Source of the DNA: an uncultured Acidobacteriota bacterium
GTDB taxonomy: Bacteria; Acidobacteriota; Vicinamibacteria; Vicinamibacterales; UBA2999
Assembly: GCA_963734095.1 (NCBI GenBank)
Contig: CAVTGK010000040.1
Span: forward strand, 162,492 to 226,491
Length of the DNA: 64,000 nucleotides
Reading direction: 5' to 3'
In this document: piece after piece, positions 39,908-49,719 of the stretch
How the letters are laid out: every line of letters starts with the position of its first letter
How positions within the stretch are numbered: the stretch's first letter is position 1
Position numbers and translations under genes: made by a program
Notes under the pieces: model-generated
Told to the model about the DNA's origin: nothing
The model's database searches: none
Seen by the model: the letters and a program-made list of their open reading frames with translations, nothing else

Positions 39908-41264
39908 TGAGCTGAGGTCCACAGGCGAGCCGGTCCTGGCTTCTTCGAACGTCAGCGTCGCGACCTCCCGGTTCGCAAACACGACCCGTCCACCGACGAC
40001 GGTGGCGGCAACGCCGCCACGCAGCGTCCATCCGTGAAACGGCGTGTTTTTCGAGCGGCTGCGGAATCGTGCGCGATCGATCGTCACTTCGAGGTCGGGA
40101 GCCAGGATCGTGATATCGGCCGGTCCCCCCACGGCCAGTGTGCCGCCCGGGACACGGAGAATTCGCGCTGGATTCACTGCCATCAGTTCGATCAGCCGCG
40201 ACAGCCGGATCAGGCCGGAATGCACCAGTCGGTCGAGCGCAAGCGGGATCGCGGTCTCCAAGCCAACGATCCCGAACGGCGCGCGATCGTATTCGACCTG
40301 CTTCTCGTCGTAATGGTGCGGCGCGTGGTCGGTGGCGATCACGTCTACGCTGCCATCCGCGATGCCCGCGAGCATCGCGTCGCGGTCTCGCGCTTCGCGA
40401 AGCGGCGGGTTCATCTTGGTGTTCGTGTCGTAGGGCACCGGATCGGCGAGCCAATCATCGGTCAGCGTGAAGTGATGAGGCGCAACCTCGCAGGTGACCT
40501 TCACGCCGCGGTGTTTCCCCTGTCGCACGGCTTCGAGCGTGGTCCAGGCGCTCATATGTGCGATGTGCACGTGACCGCCGGTCATTTCGGCCAACAACAC
40601 GTCGCGGGCCGCCATGATCGACTCGGCGGCGCCCGGGATCCCTCGCAGGCCCAACTCCGCGGCCCGCGGACCCTCGTGGGCGCAGCCCTCACCCTTCAAC
40701 GAGAGATCCTCGCAGTGCTCGATCATCGGCATGTCGAACATGCTCGTGTACTCGAGCGCGCGGCGCGCCAACAACGCCGACGCCACCGGATGCCCATCGT
40801 CGGTCACGGCCACGCACCCGGCGGCTCGCAGTTCGGCGATGTCGGCCAGTTGCTCGCCCTGCTGCCCGCGCGACACCGCGCCGATCGGATAGACGCGCGC
40901 CAGACCGGCCTCCTTCGCCTTGCGCAGGATCAGTTCGGTGACGCCCGCGTTGTCGTTGACCGGATTGGTATTGGGCATGCAGGCCACAGCCGTGAATCCG
41001 CCCGCGACCGCGGCCGCGGTGCCGGTCGCAACCGTTTCCTTGTGCTCCTGTCCAGGCTCGCGCAGGTGGACGTGCATGTCGATCAGACCAGGACAAATCA
41101 CCAGCCCACGCGGAATCGACGACCACGTGCCCCGCGTCTGCCCACGAGGCCGGAAGGTCGCGGTCGACTCGCGCGATGCGATCGCCCTCGATGAGGATGT
41201 CGAAGTCGCCGTCGATTCCCGCCGCGGGATCGACGAGACGGCCTCCCTTAAGCAGCCGCTTCAT
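39905..41264 (-). pseudogene. pyrC: Dihydroorotase with one frame disruption near 41110
   Basis: N-terminus in ORF 40689..41264 ([37 protein letters not shown]). The rest is in ORF 39905..41101 (ICPGLIDMHVHLREPG..). One extra base at the junction. Confidence 0.85.
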
Positions 41265-42219
41265 GATCCACTCCTCCTGCGAGGAGGTAGAGCACGGCCA
41301 TGCGCACGGCTACCCCATTCGCCACCTGGTCGAGAATCACGGAGAACGGACCGTCGGCCACCTCCGACGCGATCTCAACCCCTCTGTTCATCGGTCCCGG
41401 GTGCATGATGATGACGTCCGGCTTGGCCCGGCTGACGCGCGCTTCGGTCATCCCGAACGTCGTGAAGTACTCGCGCAATGACGGGAAGAAGCCGCCCTCC
41501 ATGCGCTCCAACTGAATCCGCAGCATCATCACGACGTCGGCATCACGGACGGCTTCATCAACTGCAGTCGTGACGTGCACACCCAGGCGATCGAGCCCTG
41601 GCGGTATCAGCGTGGCTGGGCCACACACCCAGACCTCAGCACCGAGCTTCGTCAGCAGCAGGAGGTTGGACCGCAGCACCCGGCTGTGCAACAAGTCGCC
41701 GAAGATGGCGACCTTCAATCCCGACACGCGTCCCTTGCGTTCGCGAATCGTGTAAGCATCCAGCAGTGCCTGGGTGGGATGCTCGTGCATGCCATCGCCC
41801 GCATTGATGATGCCGGCGCGGCAGATGCGCGAGAGCAGGTGGCAGGCGCCCGACGAGCTGTGCCGCAACACAATCATGCTCGGCGCCATGGCCTCGATGT
41901 TCATCGCGGTATCGACCAGGGTTTCGCCCTTGACCACGCTCGACGTGCCGATGGCCACGTTGAGCGTGTCGGCGCTGAGCCGCTTCTCGGCGATCTCGAA
42001 GGAGGTGCGTGTCCGGGTGCTCGGCTCGAAAAACAAGTTGACGACCGTACGGCCCCGGAGCGTCGGCACCTTCTTGATAGCTCGCTGACCGACTTCCTTC
42101 ATCGCCTCGGCAGTGTCGAGAATCAGCACAATCTCCTCGGCGCTGAGGTCGGCGATGCTCAAGAGATCCTTGCGACGCAAGGCCGTCAGCGACTGTTTCG
42201 GGGTTTGAACGGCTTCCAT
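41248..42219 (-). CDS. pyrB: Aspartate carbamoyltransferase catalytic subunit
   Basis: 323 aa. ..[21 protein letters not shown].. Confidence 0.9.
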   Translation of the reverse strand: MEAVQTPKQSLTALRRKDLLSIADLSAEEIVLILDTAEAMKEVGQRAIKKVPTLRGRTVVNLFFEPSTRTRTSFEIAEKRLSADTLNVAIGTSSVVKGETLVDTAMNIEAMAPSMIVLRHSSSGACHLLSRICRAGIINAGDGMHEHPTQALLDAYTIRERKGRVSGLKVAIFGDLLHSRVLRSNLLLLTKLGAEVWVCGPATLIPPGLDRLGVHVTTAVDEAVRDADVVMMLRIQLERMEGGFFPSLREYFTTFGMTEARVSRAKPDVIIMHPGPMNRGVEIASEVADGPFSVILDQVANGVAVRMAVLYLLAGGVDHEAAA

Positions 42220-42222
42220 GGC

Positions 42223-42759
42223 TCACTCCGCGCGGTCGATGGTTACTTCGTCGGTCCCATCGAGCTCGAGCAGTCGGACGTGAATGCTCTCCTGCTGCGA
42301 CGTGGGGACGTTCTTGCCGACGTAATCGGCCTTGATGGGGAGCTCGCGGTGCCCGCGGTCGACGAGCGCGACCAGTTGAATCGTTTTGGGGCGACCGAAA
42401 TCAATCAGCGCATCCAGTGCGGCCCTGGTCGTGCGCCCCGTGTAGAGCACATCATCCACAAGAATGATGGTGCGGTCGTCGATCGAGAACGGAATCTCCG
42501 TACGGCGCACCAGCGGCTGTGGACCGACCTGATGCCGCATCAGGTCGTCGCGATACAGCGTGATATCCAGCGCTCCGGTTGAGACCTGATCGCCGGTGAT
42601 CTGCGCCAACGCGCGCGCAATGCGTTTGGCCAACGGGACGCCGCGACTGCGCACGCCGACCAGAGCGATATTCTCGACGCCGCGATTCCGTTCGACGATT
42701 TCGTGGGCGATGCGCGTGAGTGCGCGTGAGATGCGGTCCGCGTCCATGATTACCGGCAT
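42223..42759 (-). CDS. pyrR: Bifunctional pyrimidine operon regulator / uracil phosphoribosyltransferase
   Basis: 178 aa. ..[24 protein letters not shown].. Confidence 0.9.
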   Translation of the reverse strand: MPVIMDADRISRALTRIAHEIVERNRGVENIALVGVRSRGVPLAKRIARALAQITGDQVSTGALDITLYRDDLMRHQVGPQPLVRRTEIPFSIDDRTIILVDDVLYTGRTTRAALDALIDFGRPKTIQLVALVDRGHRELPIKADYVGKNVPTSQQESIHVRLLELDGTDEVTIDRAE

Positions 42760-42852
42760 GGACGGACCTCGTGGCAGGTCGTCATGGTCCCCTCTTCGCG
42801 AACTCGCAGGTTCGCAGTTAAAGAGCTGTCTCAGTATAGCGCAGGACTGACG

Positions 42853-42936
42853 AAGGTGCCTACGGTGCCTCGGTGCCTGGGGTGCCTAAGGTGCTGGTGC
42901 AAGAAGTGCGTTCGGTGCCTAAGGTGTATGAAGTGC
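42853..42936. repeat. GGTGCCT word array: left arm of a split hairpin
   Basis: aaggtgcctacggtgcctcggtgcctggggtgcctaaggtgctggtgcaagaagtgcgttcggtgcctaaggtgtatgaagtgc. About 70% reverse-complementary to 44375-44467. Confidence 0.8.
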
Positions 42937-43330
42937 AAACAAAACCCTGAGCCGGCTTGGGCGCTTCAGTTTTAACGAACGTCGCACCACCTGGACAGGC
43001 GCGATCCGAGCATGCCCACGGCCAGATAGCCAACGGTGGGCCATTTCCGCGAGGAATCCGAACGTTGAGGCCGATTCGATTCCTGCGTGGCTGACCATTC
43101 GACCAAAAGAGCCGGTCGCGCGACCGACTGGATCCAAAACCATCGTTACTGGACGTACTCAGTAATCGAATCGGTGACCTGACGCGAAAACGTCGCCGGC
43201 ACGGTCGAGAGCTGCTCGATACGCCGCTGATCGCCGGCAAACGTTTGCGCCGAGGCGTCTGTTTTCCCTCTTCGTGATGGCCGCGACGCGAGGAAGTACA
43301 CGCCCGGGAATATCGGCGTAGAATTGCGCC

Positions 43331-44251
43331 ATGCACGGGGGCCCGGCAGGCATCCACTCTCGGGTAACGAGGCGGCTCGCTGTGCGGATTCTGCTGACCG
43401 TGCTGATTGTAAGCGGAACAGCCCATCCTCGACCCGTCTGGCCCTTCGCATGGGCGGCGCAGGATCGTGCGGATGCTACCAACGGTGTCGTCGAGGTTGA
43501 GGGCGGTCGCATCTACTACGAGGTGACTGGGCAAGGACCAGCGCTGGTTCTCATCCACGACGGCATCCTCCACCGCGAAACGTGGGATGAGCAGTTCGCC
43601 GAATTCGGCCGTTCGTTCCGGACCGTCCGCTGGGATCGTCGCGGCTACGGAAAGTCGCCCGCTCCTCAGGCGCCGTTCTCACATATCGATGACCTGCTCC
43701 TGGTCATGAAAGCGCTGAAGATCGAGCGCGCCGCTCTGATCGGCTGCTCGGCTGGAGGCATGCTGGCGCTACATTTCGCGCTCGATCATCCCGCGATGGT
43801 GAGCGCGTTGGTGCTCGTCGGCCCGATTGTCAGTGGCCTGCCATTCTCCGATCACTTCGTGACTCGTGGCGGGCGGAAGATTCCTCCCCCCGGCAGTCCT
43901 GCCGAAGATAGGATCGATTACTGGACGTCGAAGGATCCCTGGATTACCGCTCCGACCAGCGATGGCGCGAAGCGTAAGATGCGCTCACTCATGGAGGCGA
44001 ATCCGGCGAACGGCGCGGGCGGGCAACACGCACGCTGGTCCGAGCCAGTCCTGGGCCGGTTATCGCAGATCAAGGTTCCGACCCTCTTGATCGCCGGCGA
44101 GTCGGACATTCCCGACGTGCATAGCAGTATGGGTGCGATTCAGGCTGGCGTCCCGGCCGTCACGCGCGTCGTGTTGGCGCATGCGGGCCATTTGCCGCAT
44201 CTTGAAGTGCCACAAGCCTTCAACGCAGAAGTGTTGAAGTTCCTTCGGTAA
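43331..44251 (+). CDS. Alpha/beta-fold hydrolase
   Basis: 306 aa. ..LVLIHDG..LIGCSAGGMLAL..LLIAGESD..AHAGHLPHLE.. Confidence 0.8.
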   Translation: MHGGPAGIHSRVTRRLAVRILLTVLIVSGTAHPRPVWPFAWAAQDRADATNGVVEVEGGRIYYEVTGQGPALVLIHDGILHRETWDEQFAEFGRSFRTVRWDRRGYGKSPAPQAPFSHIDDLLLVMKALKIERAALIGCSAGGMLALHFALDHPAMVSALVLVGPIVSGLPFSDHFVTRGGRKIPPPGSPAEDRIDYWTSKDPWITAPTSDGAKRKMRSLMEANPANGAGGQHARWSEPVLGRLSQIKVPTLLIAGESDIPDVHSSMGAIQAGVPAVTRVVLAHAGHLPHLEVPQAFNAEVLKFLR

Positions 44252-44374
44252 GGTTCGACGATGGCGGCAGCCTACAAGGACTGATTCGTCGGTAGATTGC
44301 ATTCACCAACGCGGGCGTGTCGGCGCAAAGTTAGGGTCATCAAACTTTTCGAAAGATTTGCGCGCGTTTCGGAG

Positions 44375-44467
44375 GCACTGTTACACGCACTTAGGCACTT
44401 CTGGCACCTTTCGCACTTTAGGCACCAGCACGCCAGGCACCTTCGGCACCCAGGCACGCCAGGCACT
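44375..44467. repeat. AGGCACC word array: right arm of the split hairpin
   Basis: gcactgttacacgcacttaggcacttctggcacctttcgcactttaggcaccagcacgccaggcaccttcggcacccaggcacgccaggcac. Confidence 0.8.
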
Positions 44468-44478
44468 CTTACCCCTTT

Positions 44479-46239
44479 TCACCTCCCGTAACTTGGAATG
44501 AACGTGATCGGTTGATCGGCGGTGAACTCGGGCTTGAAGAGATCGGTTCGTGCGAAGCCTTCCATGTCTCGCCCGACCGGCAGGCCCAGGTAGTACAAAA
44601 CGGTTGGCGTCAGATCGAGGACGGATGCTCGCGGCGGGCGGCTGGGCGCCACGGCGACGCCATAGGCCAGCAGAAAGCCGTCCGGCGACCGCTCGTGGCT
44701 GCCGCTGAGCCGGTCGTTTCCCACCAGACGTTCGAGCATGCGTTTGCCTGGCGTCAAGGGCTCCATGCCGAATCCGGACACCACGAGTAGCAAGTCGTTC
44801 GTGCCCATGGACTGCAGAACCTGGCCCACGACGGCATCAATGAAGCCGTAGTAGTCGCCGAGCACACGACCGTAGCGGCGTTGCTCGTCGGCCGACACAT
44901 CGCCAAACTCCGAGGGGTTGGCATACCGCAGGAAGTAGTGCCCTACCGCATCGAGCCCTGGCAGCCTGACGGCAATGACCTGCGGCGTCATCGAGACGTC
45001 GAGCGCCGACAGGATCTGGACGTGCATGCGATCGGCGGCGATCGGCGCCGGATCGGGTCGCGCGTCGGCGTCCCCTTGCGGCGCCTCGGCCACCTTGGAC
45101 ACGACAGCGATCGGATCGACGGTGGGTGGCTTCTGCAAAGCAGCGCGGATCGAGGCGTACAGTGACGGCGGTGCGATCGCGGACGCGTGACCGTGATCCA
45201 CGTCCACATCCGCCATTCGATGAAACTCGTCGCTGACGATGAAGCCGTTCACAGTGGTCGCCGGATGCGTGAGCGGCCAGCCGATGAATCCGACCGAGAC
45301 GCCAGCGTCGCTGAGAATCGTCCACAGCGGCCGCGACTGCAGTGCGCCGGCATCATGGGCCTGCTCATCGAGAAAACCAAACCGCACGAGCGCGTAGGCG
45401 AAGCAGTAGTCGGGCAGCATCTCGAGTGCCGGGCCGGCCTCTCGGGCGCGGTACAAGGTGGAGGCACGAATGCCGTTGGCGAACGGCACACGGCCCGTGA
45501 TCGCCGCGCTCCACACCGGCTCTGCTTGCGTTGGACGCAGCGTGGCAAGGTGCAGGACGGCGCCGGCATCGAAGATTCGCCCCAAATTCGGCAAGCGTCC
45601 TTCCGCTACCGCTGGAGAGATCACGTCGAGACTGCCACCATCGACCGCGACGATCAGCACTCGTGCGTCGGTTCGCGCTGGTCCGAGGCCGACGACGGCC
45701 GCACTGGGACGCGACGCCAGCGTGCTGGCGCGACCGGGTCCCCGCGCCGCCAGCGGCGCCGCCACCGAGATTGCCATCATCGCCGTCAACAGCACGGCAC
45801 TGACGCGCCCTCCTCGCCGCCCGAGATGGGCGAGCGCGATCAGCAAAAACACGACCGTCGACGCCGACAGCGTGACGGCGCCCGCCGTCATCCGCGTCAC
45901 GGTTTGCGGGTCCAGCACCATCGTGAAAACGCGCAGATTGAGCCACATGATGGTCGCACACACACCCGCGGCGATCGTGCAGAGCCACGAGAGCAGACGG
46001 ACGCTCAACCACCCCGGTGACAACACCTCGCTCGCCAGCATCTGGCGACCGACGATCAGTGCGAAGAAGAACGCCGTCACGGAGATGCCACACGCCACGA
46101 CCAGGACGAGCGCCAGCGGCACGACAGCGCCGACGGTGAGCGGGAACGACGGATTGAGATGCAGGATCAGGATCGTCAGGTAGAGGGATGCCAGCGCACC
46201 GGCGATCGCCGCATTCGACAGCATTCGCAGAAAGCGCAC
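44479..46239 (-). CDS. Membrane-anchored alkaline-phosphatase-superfamily protein (type I phosphodiesterase/nucleotide pyrophosphatase-like)
   Basis: 586 aa. About 5 N-terminal TM helices, then ..VLIVAVDGGS..PTQAEPVW..LPGLDAVGH..VVSGFGM.. Confidence 0.7.
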   Translation of the reverse strand: MRFLRMLSNAAIAGALASLYLTILILHLNPSFPLTVGAVVPLALVLVVACGISVTAFFFALIVGRQMLASEVLSPGWLSVRLLSWLCTIAAGVCATIMWLNLRVFTMVLDPQTVTRMTAGAVTLSASTVVFLLIALAHLGRRGGRVSAVLLTAMMAISVAAPLAARGPGRASTLASRPSAAVVGLGPARTDARVLIVAVDGGSLDVISPAVAEGRLPNLGRIFDAGAVLHLATLRPTQAEPVWSAAITGRVPFANGIRASTLYRAREAGPALEMLPDYCFAYALVRFGFLDEQAHDAGALQSRPLWTILSDAGVSVGFIGWPLTHPATTVNGFIVSDEFHRMADVDVDHGHASAIAPPSLYASIRAALQKPPTVDPIAVVSKVAEAPQGDADARPDPAPIAADRMHVQILSALDVSMTPQVIAVRLPGLDAVGHYFLRYANPSEFGDVSADEQRRYGRVLGDYYGFIDAVVGQVLQSMGTNDLLLVVSGFGMEPLTPGKRMLERLVGNDRLSGSHERSPDGFLLAYGVAVAPSRPPRASVLDLTPTVLYYLGLPVGRDMEGFARTDLFKPEFTADQPITFIPSYGR

Positions 46240-46249
46240 TCTTGGATTC

Positions 46250-46376
46250 TAGTTCGGAGTTCGGAGTACGGGAGTTCGGCGTTGGTTCGACGTTCGGAGT
46301 TCGGAGTTCGGGTTCGGGGTACGGGGTTCTGAGTTCTGTTCTGAGTTCTGTTGCTGAGTGCGGAGTTCTTGGCGCG
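46250..46376. repeat. GTTCGGA / GTTCTGA word array: left arm around the four-helix-bundle gene
   Basis: gttcggagttcggagtacgggagttcggcgttggttcgacgttcggagttcggagttcgggttcggggtacggggttctgagttctgttctgagttctgttgctgagtgcggagttc. Confidence 0.8.
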
Positions 46377-46396
46377 GGAGTTGCCTTCATGTCCGC

Positions 46397-46765
46397 ATGC
46401 CCTGGCGACAATTCACGGAAATCGAGGCTTGGAAGCTCTGTATGAGATTGAGCCAGGAATTCGAGGCAATTCTTGACAGGCCGCCGGCCTCCCAAGATCG
46501 CAAGTTCTGCGAGGAGGCTCGTGATGCCGCCCTCTCGTCGCCGCGAAACATCGCTGAGGGCTTTGGCCGGTTCGGCAATCGAGAGTTCGCCAACTTCGTC
46601 AGCATCGCCCGAGCGAGCCTGATGGAGACACAGACGAATCTGCTCTTCGCGCGCGATGCCAGATTCCTATCAGCGCCGGAATTCAAAAGCCTGTGGGACC
46701 TTTCGGAGGAAGCTCTCTCAACAACCACCGGATTGCTCAAACATCTTCGCAGACGTCGGCCCTGA
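46397..46765 (+). CDS. Four-helix-bundle protein (23S rRNA intervening-sequence protein family)
   Basis: MPWRQFTEIEAWKLCMRL..RNIAEGFGRF..REFANFVSIARASLMETQT.L..A is the characteristic pattern of this family. The start at 46397 was chosen inside ORF 46358..46765. Confidence 0.8.
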   Translation: MPWRQFTEIEAWKLCMRLSQEFEAILDRPPASQDRKFCEEARDAALSSPRNIAEGFGRFGNREFANFVSIARASLMETQTNLLFARDARFLSAPEFKSLWDLSEEALSTTTGLLKHLRRRRP

Positions 46766-46782
46766 CGACGGAATAGGCGGCC

Positions 46783-46941
46783 AGAACTCAGCACGCCGCA
46801 GGCCGTATGCCGCAGGCCGAACGCCGCACGCGGCACGCCGAACGCCGAACGCCGAACAGAACTCAGAACCTCCGAACTCGGAACAAGAGCTCAGAACTCT
46901 GAACACTGCACCAACTCCGAACCCCGCACCCCGAACTCCGC
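46783..46941. repeat. TCAGAAC / TCCGAAC / GCCGAAC word array: right arm around the four-helix-bundle gene
   Basis: cagaactcagcacgccgcaggccg...gccgaacgccgaacgccgaacagaactcagaacctccgaactcggaac...ccgaaccccgcaccccgaactccgcag. Reverse-complement words of 46250-46376. Confidence 0.8.
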
Positions 46942-46961
46942 AGTTGGCTATACTCAACAAA

Positions 46962-47795
46962 ATGCCCGTTGACATCAACGCGGCTGTGATCAGCAACGTC
47001 AGGCTGTCGGAGGACTACAACGTTCTAGCGCTGGCGGCGCCCGCGATTGGCGAGCAGACGCAGCCCGGCCAGTTCGTCATGGTCAAGGCCGCATTGCCTG
47101 CCGATTCGCTGCTGCGGCGACCATTCTCGGTCTTTGAGGTCGTGCGGGACAACGGCCGCGTGGCCGCGATCAGCATCTTCAATAAACGCGCCGGTCAGAA
47201 CACGCGGGCGTTGTATGAGCTCGAACCCGGCGAGCGTGTCGCTTGCCTTGGCCCGCTTGGAAAGTCGTTCTCACTAGCGCCGTACGACGCGTGGATGGTG
47301 GCTGGTGGCGTCGGGTTGGCGCCGTTTGCGACACTCGCCGAACGCCTGACGCAGTCCCGCATCAAGACGACGCTTTTCTATGGCGCGCGTCGAGCCGGCG
47401 AGTTGTTCTATCTGGACTTCTTCGAACGACTGGGAGTCACGCTCGTGCTGTCGACCGAGGACGGAAGTCGCGGCGTGCGGGGCCGAATCACTTCGCCGCT
47501 CGAATCCGCGTTGGCGTCACTGCCCGGGCGCGATCAGGTCATGATCTACGGCTGCGGACCTGAGCCAATGCTCGAGGCAGTCACCAGGCTGGCCGTAAAG
47601 TATCGACAGCCCTGTGAGGTTTCCGTCGAACGCGTCATGGGATGCGGCCTGGGCGGCTGCTATAGCTGTGTTGTTCCAGTCCGCAATGGGGATGGCGGAC
47701 CGCACTTCGTACGCTCATGCCTGGCCGGACCAGTATTTGATGGATCCCAAATCGTGTGGGACTTCTTCCCGGGTGGCACCGATGCACCCGCCTGA
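46962..47795 (+). CDS. pyrK: Dihydroorotate dehydrogenase (class 1B) electron-transfer subunit
   Basis: FAD/NAD-binding fold with a C-terminal 2Fe-2S motif, MGCGLGGCYSCV...C. The ATG at 46962 lies 7 nt after a TATACT hexamer. The upstream part of ORF 46656.. only translates the repeat. Confidence 0.85.
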   Translation: MPVDINAAVISNVRLSEDYNVLALAAPAIGEQTQPGQFVMVKAALPADSLLRRPFSVFEVVRDNGRVAAISIFNKRAGQNTRALYELEPGERVACLGPLGKSFSLAPYDAWMVAGGVGLAPFATLAERLTQSRIKTTLFYGARRAGELFYLDFFERLGVTLVLSTEDGSRGVRGRITSPLESALASLPGRDQVMIYGCGPEPMLEAVTRLAVKYRQPCEVSVERVMGCGLGGCYSCVVPVRNGDGGPHFVRSCLAGPVFDGSQIVWDFFPGGTDAPA

Positions 47796-48723
47796 TTTGC
47801 GGGTACGCGTCGGGCCGATCGAGTTGCCCAATCCGATCATCGCCGCGAGCGGCTGCTTCGGCTACGGACTCGAGTACGAAGACATCGTCGATCTGTCGCT
47901 GCTCGGCGGTGTGGCCGTCAAGGGACTGTTCTTGCGGGAGCGTCAGGGCCACCCGCCACAGCGTATTGCAGAGACGCCCTCAGGCATGCTCAACGCCATC
48001 GGCCTGCAAGGGATCGGCGTGCACCGATTCGTGCGAGAGAAGTTGCCCTTGCTGCGCGAGCGTGGCGCACGAACGATTGTGAACATCTGCGGGACGACAC
48101 TCGACGAGTACGCGGAGGTTGCGCGCGTGCTGTCGGACGCGGAGGGCGTCGCCGCCATCGAGTTGAACATCTCGTGTCCCAACATCAAAGAAGGCGGCAT
48201 TCAGTTTGGCTGCAGCCTGGCGGGAACCGCAGAAGTCACCAGCGCGGTTCGCAAGGTGACGCGGCTCCCATTGATCCCCAAGCTGACGCCCAACGTCACC
48301 GACGTCGCCTCGTTCGCGCGGGCGGCGGAGGAGGCCGGCGCCGACGCCGTATCGCTGGTGAACACCTTCCTTGCGATGGCGATCGATGTCGAAACGAGAC
48401 GGCCGAAGCTGTCGAACATTCTCGGTGGCTTGAGCGGTCCGGCGATTCGACCCATCGCCGTGCGGATGGTGTGGGAGTGCTACCAGGCCGTGAAAATTCC
48501 CATCATCGGGATGGGCGGTATCACCGATGCGTCGGACGCGGTCGAGTTCATGCTGGCCGGATCGACCGCAGTGCAGATCGGAACCGCTAATTTCTCCGAT
48601 CCGTTCGTCTGGACGAAGGTCATCGACGGCCTCCGCAGCTATCTGCAGCGACACGGCGTTCAGCAGGTCACCGGGCTGGTCGGTGCGATTGATACCTCTC
48701 CGCGGCGAGAGGTGCACGCGTGA
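47782..48723 (+). CDS. pyrD: Dihydroorotate dehydrogenase catalytic subunit (class 1B)
   Basis: ..[25 protein letters not shown]... Overlaps the pyrK end by 14 nt. Confidence 0.9.
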   Translation: MHPPDLRVRVGPIELPNPIIAASGCFGYGLEYEDIVDLSLLGGVAVKGLFLRERQGHPPQRIAETPSGMLNAIGLQGIGVHRFVREKLPLLRERGARTIVNICGTTLDEYAEVARVLSDAEGVAAIELNISCPNIKEGGIQFGCSLAGTAEVTSAVRKVTRLPLIPKLTPNVTDVASFARAAEEAGADAVSLVNTFLAMAIDVETRRPKLSNILGGLSGPAIRPIAVRMVWECYQAVKIPIIGMGGITDASDAVEFMLAGSTAVQIGTANFSDPFVWTKVIDGLRSYLQRHGVQQVTGLVGAIDTSPRREVHA

Positions 48724-49454
48724 ACCGGATCCTGGTCGCGTTGGACGTCGACTCAGCCGCACGGGCCGAGGCGCTCGCCATGCAGCTCCAGGGTCATGTC
48801 GGCGGGTTCAAGATCGGCAAGCAGCTCTTCGCTGCCGAAGGTCCCGCGATCGTGCGATCTCTGGCCGATCGTGGTGAGCGGGTCTTTCTCGATCTCAAGT
48901 TTCACGACATCCCGAATACGGTGGCGGGTGCCGTCGCATCGGCGGTCTCCACCGGTGCGTGGATGGTCAACGTGCACGCGGCGGGAGGCCGAACGATGAT
49001 GCGAGCGGCGGTCGACGCCGCAGGCGACGCAGCGGTAAGGGCTTCTCGCCACCGCCCGCTGGTCGTTGGCGTGACCGTGCTGACCAGCCTTGACGCCGCT
49101 GGACTGGCCGAAGTGGGCGTGCCCGGGACCGTTGTCGACCAGGTCGTCCGTCTCGCATGCCTCGCCAAGGAGTCGGGGCTCGACGGTGTCGTCGCGTCAC
49201 CACAGGAGATTGCGGCAATTCGTGCGGCGTGCGGACCGGACTTTCTGATCGTGACCCCGGGAATCCGGTCAACCACTCGCAAGACTGGTGCCGACGACCA
49301 AGTGAGAACCATGAGCGCTGTCGACGCCGTGGAGGCAGGCGCCTCGTACCTCGTCGTAGGACGTCCGATCACCGCGGCAAACGATCCAGTCGAGGCCGCC
49401 GATCAAATGAACGCCGAGGTTGTTCGGACCGGTGCGGCTGCGCCCGCACCGTGA
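48720..49454 (+). CDS. pyrF: Orotidine-5'-phosphate decarboxylase
   Basis: 244 aa. ..[26 protein letters not shown].. Confidence 0.9.
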   Translation: MNRILVALDVDSAARAEALAMQLQGHVGGFKIGKQLFAAEGPAIVRSLADRGERVFLDLKFHDIPNTVAGAVASAVSTGAWMVNVHAAGGRTMMRAAVDAAGDAAVRASRHRPLVVGVTVLTSLDAAGLAEVGVPGTVVDQVVRLACLAKESGLDGVVASPQEIAAIRAACGPDFLIVTPGIRSTTRKTGADDQVRTMSAVDAVEAGASYLVVGRPITAANDPVEAADQMNAEVVRTGAAAPAP

Positions 49455-49702
49455 GACGCCTGACGCTCTACTCGAAGCCTGGGTGTCATCTGTGCGAGGA
49501 CGTCCGGTCGCTCCTCGACGAGATTAAGACGTCCCATTCGTTCGCAATCGAAGAAGTCGACATCACCAGCGATGACACGCTCTTCGCTCGATACCGATTC
49601 GAGATTCCAGTGGTGCTGATCGATGGTGAAGAAGTCGGACGCGGACGAATCACCGAGCGGGATTTGCGCGACGTGCTGGAGCGAAAGTCTCTTCTGAGCT
49701 AG
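49451..49702 (+). CDS. Glutaredoxin-like small protein (DUF836 type)
   Basis: 83 aa from a GTG that overlaps the pyrF stop (GTGA). [25 protein letters not shown].. Confidence 0.65.
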   Translation: MRRLTLYSKPGCHLCEDVRSLLDEIKTSHSFAIEEVDITSDDTLFARYRFEIPVVLIDGEEVGRGRITERDLRDVLERKSLLS

Positions 49703-49719
49703 TCGGCTCCCGAATCCAC

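Noticed and set aside
3977-41264. Programmed ribosomal frameshifting as an explanation for the split genes
   Set aside because: I found no slippery heptamers or stimulatory structures at the junctions I resolved. The affected genes (pyrE, pyrC, kynU, TBDR, M28) are not known to use recoding. Several genes have many switches in both directions.
42760-42838. PyrR-binding attenuator/anti-antiterminator in the pyrR leader
   Set aside because: The leader has two small hairpins (GCGAAC/GTTCGC and GGACC/GGTCC) and a purine-rich GAAGAGGGG. It does not match the ARUCCAGAGAGGYU binding-loop consensus well, and no terminator follows. The evidence is insufficient.
42853-46941. Transposon, IS or MITE explanation for gene-enclosing inverted repeats
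   Set aside because: No transposase, integrase or recombinase ORF occurs anywhere in the window, and I could not identify target-site duplications. The arms are degenerate low-complexity arrays rather than defined terminal repeats. The idea is kept only as a formal alternative in the findings.
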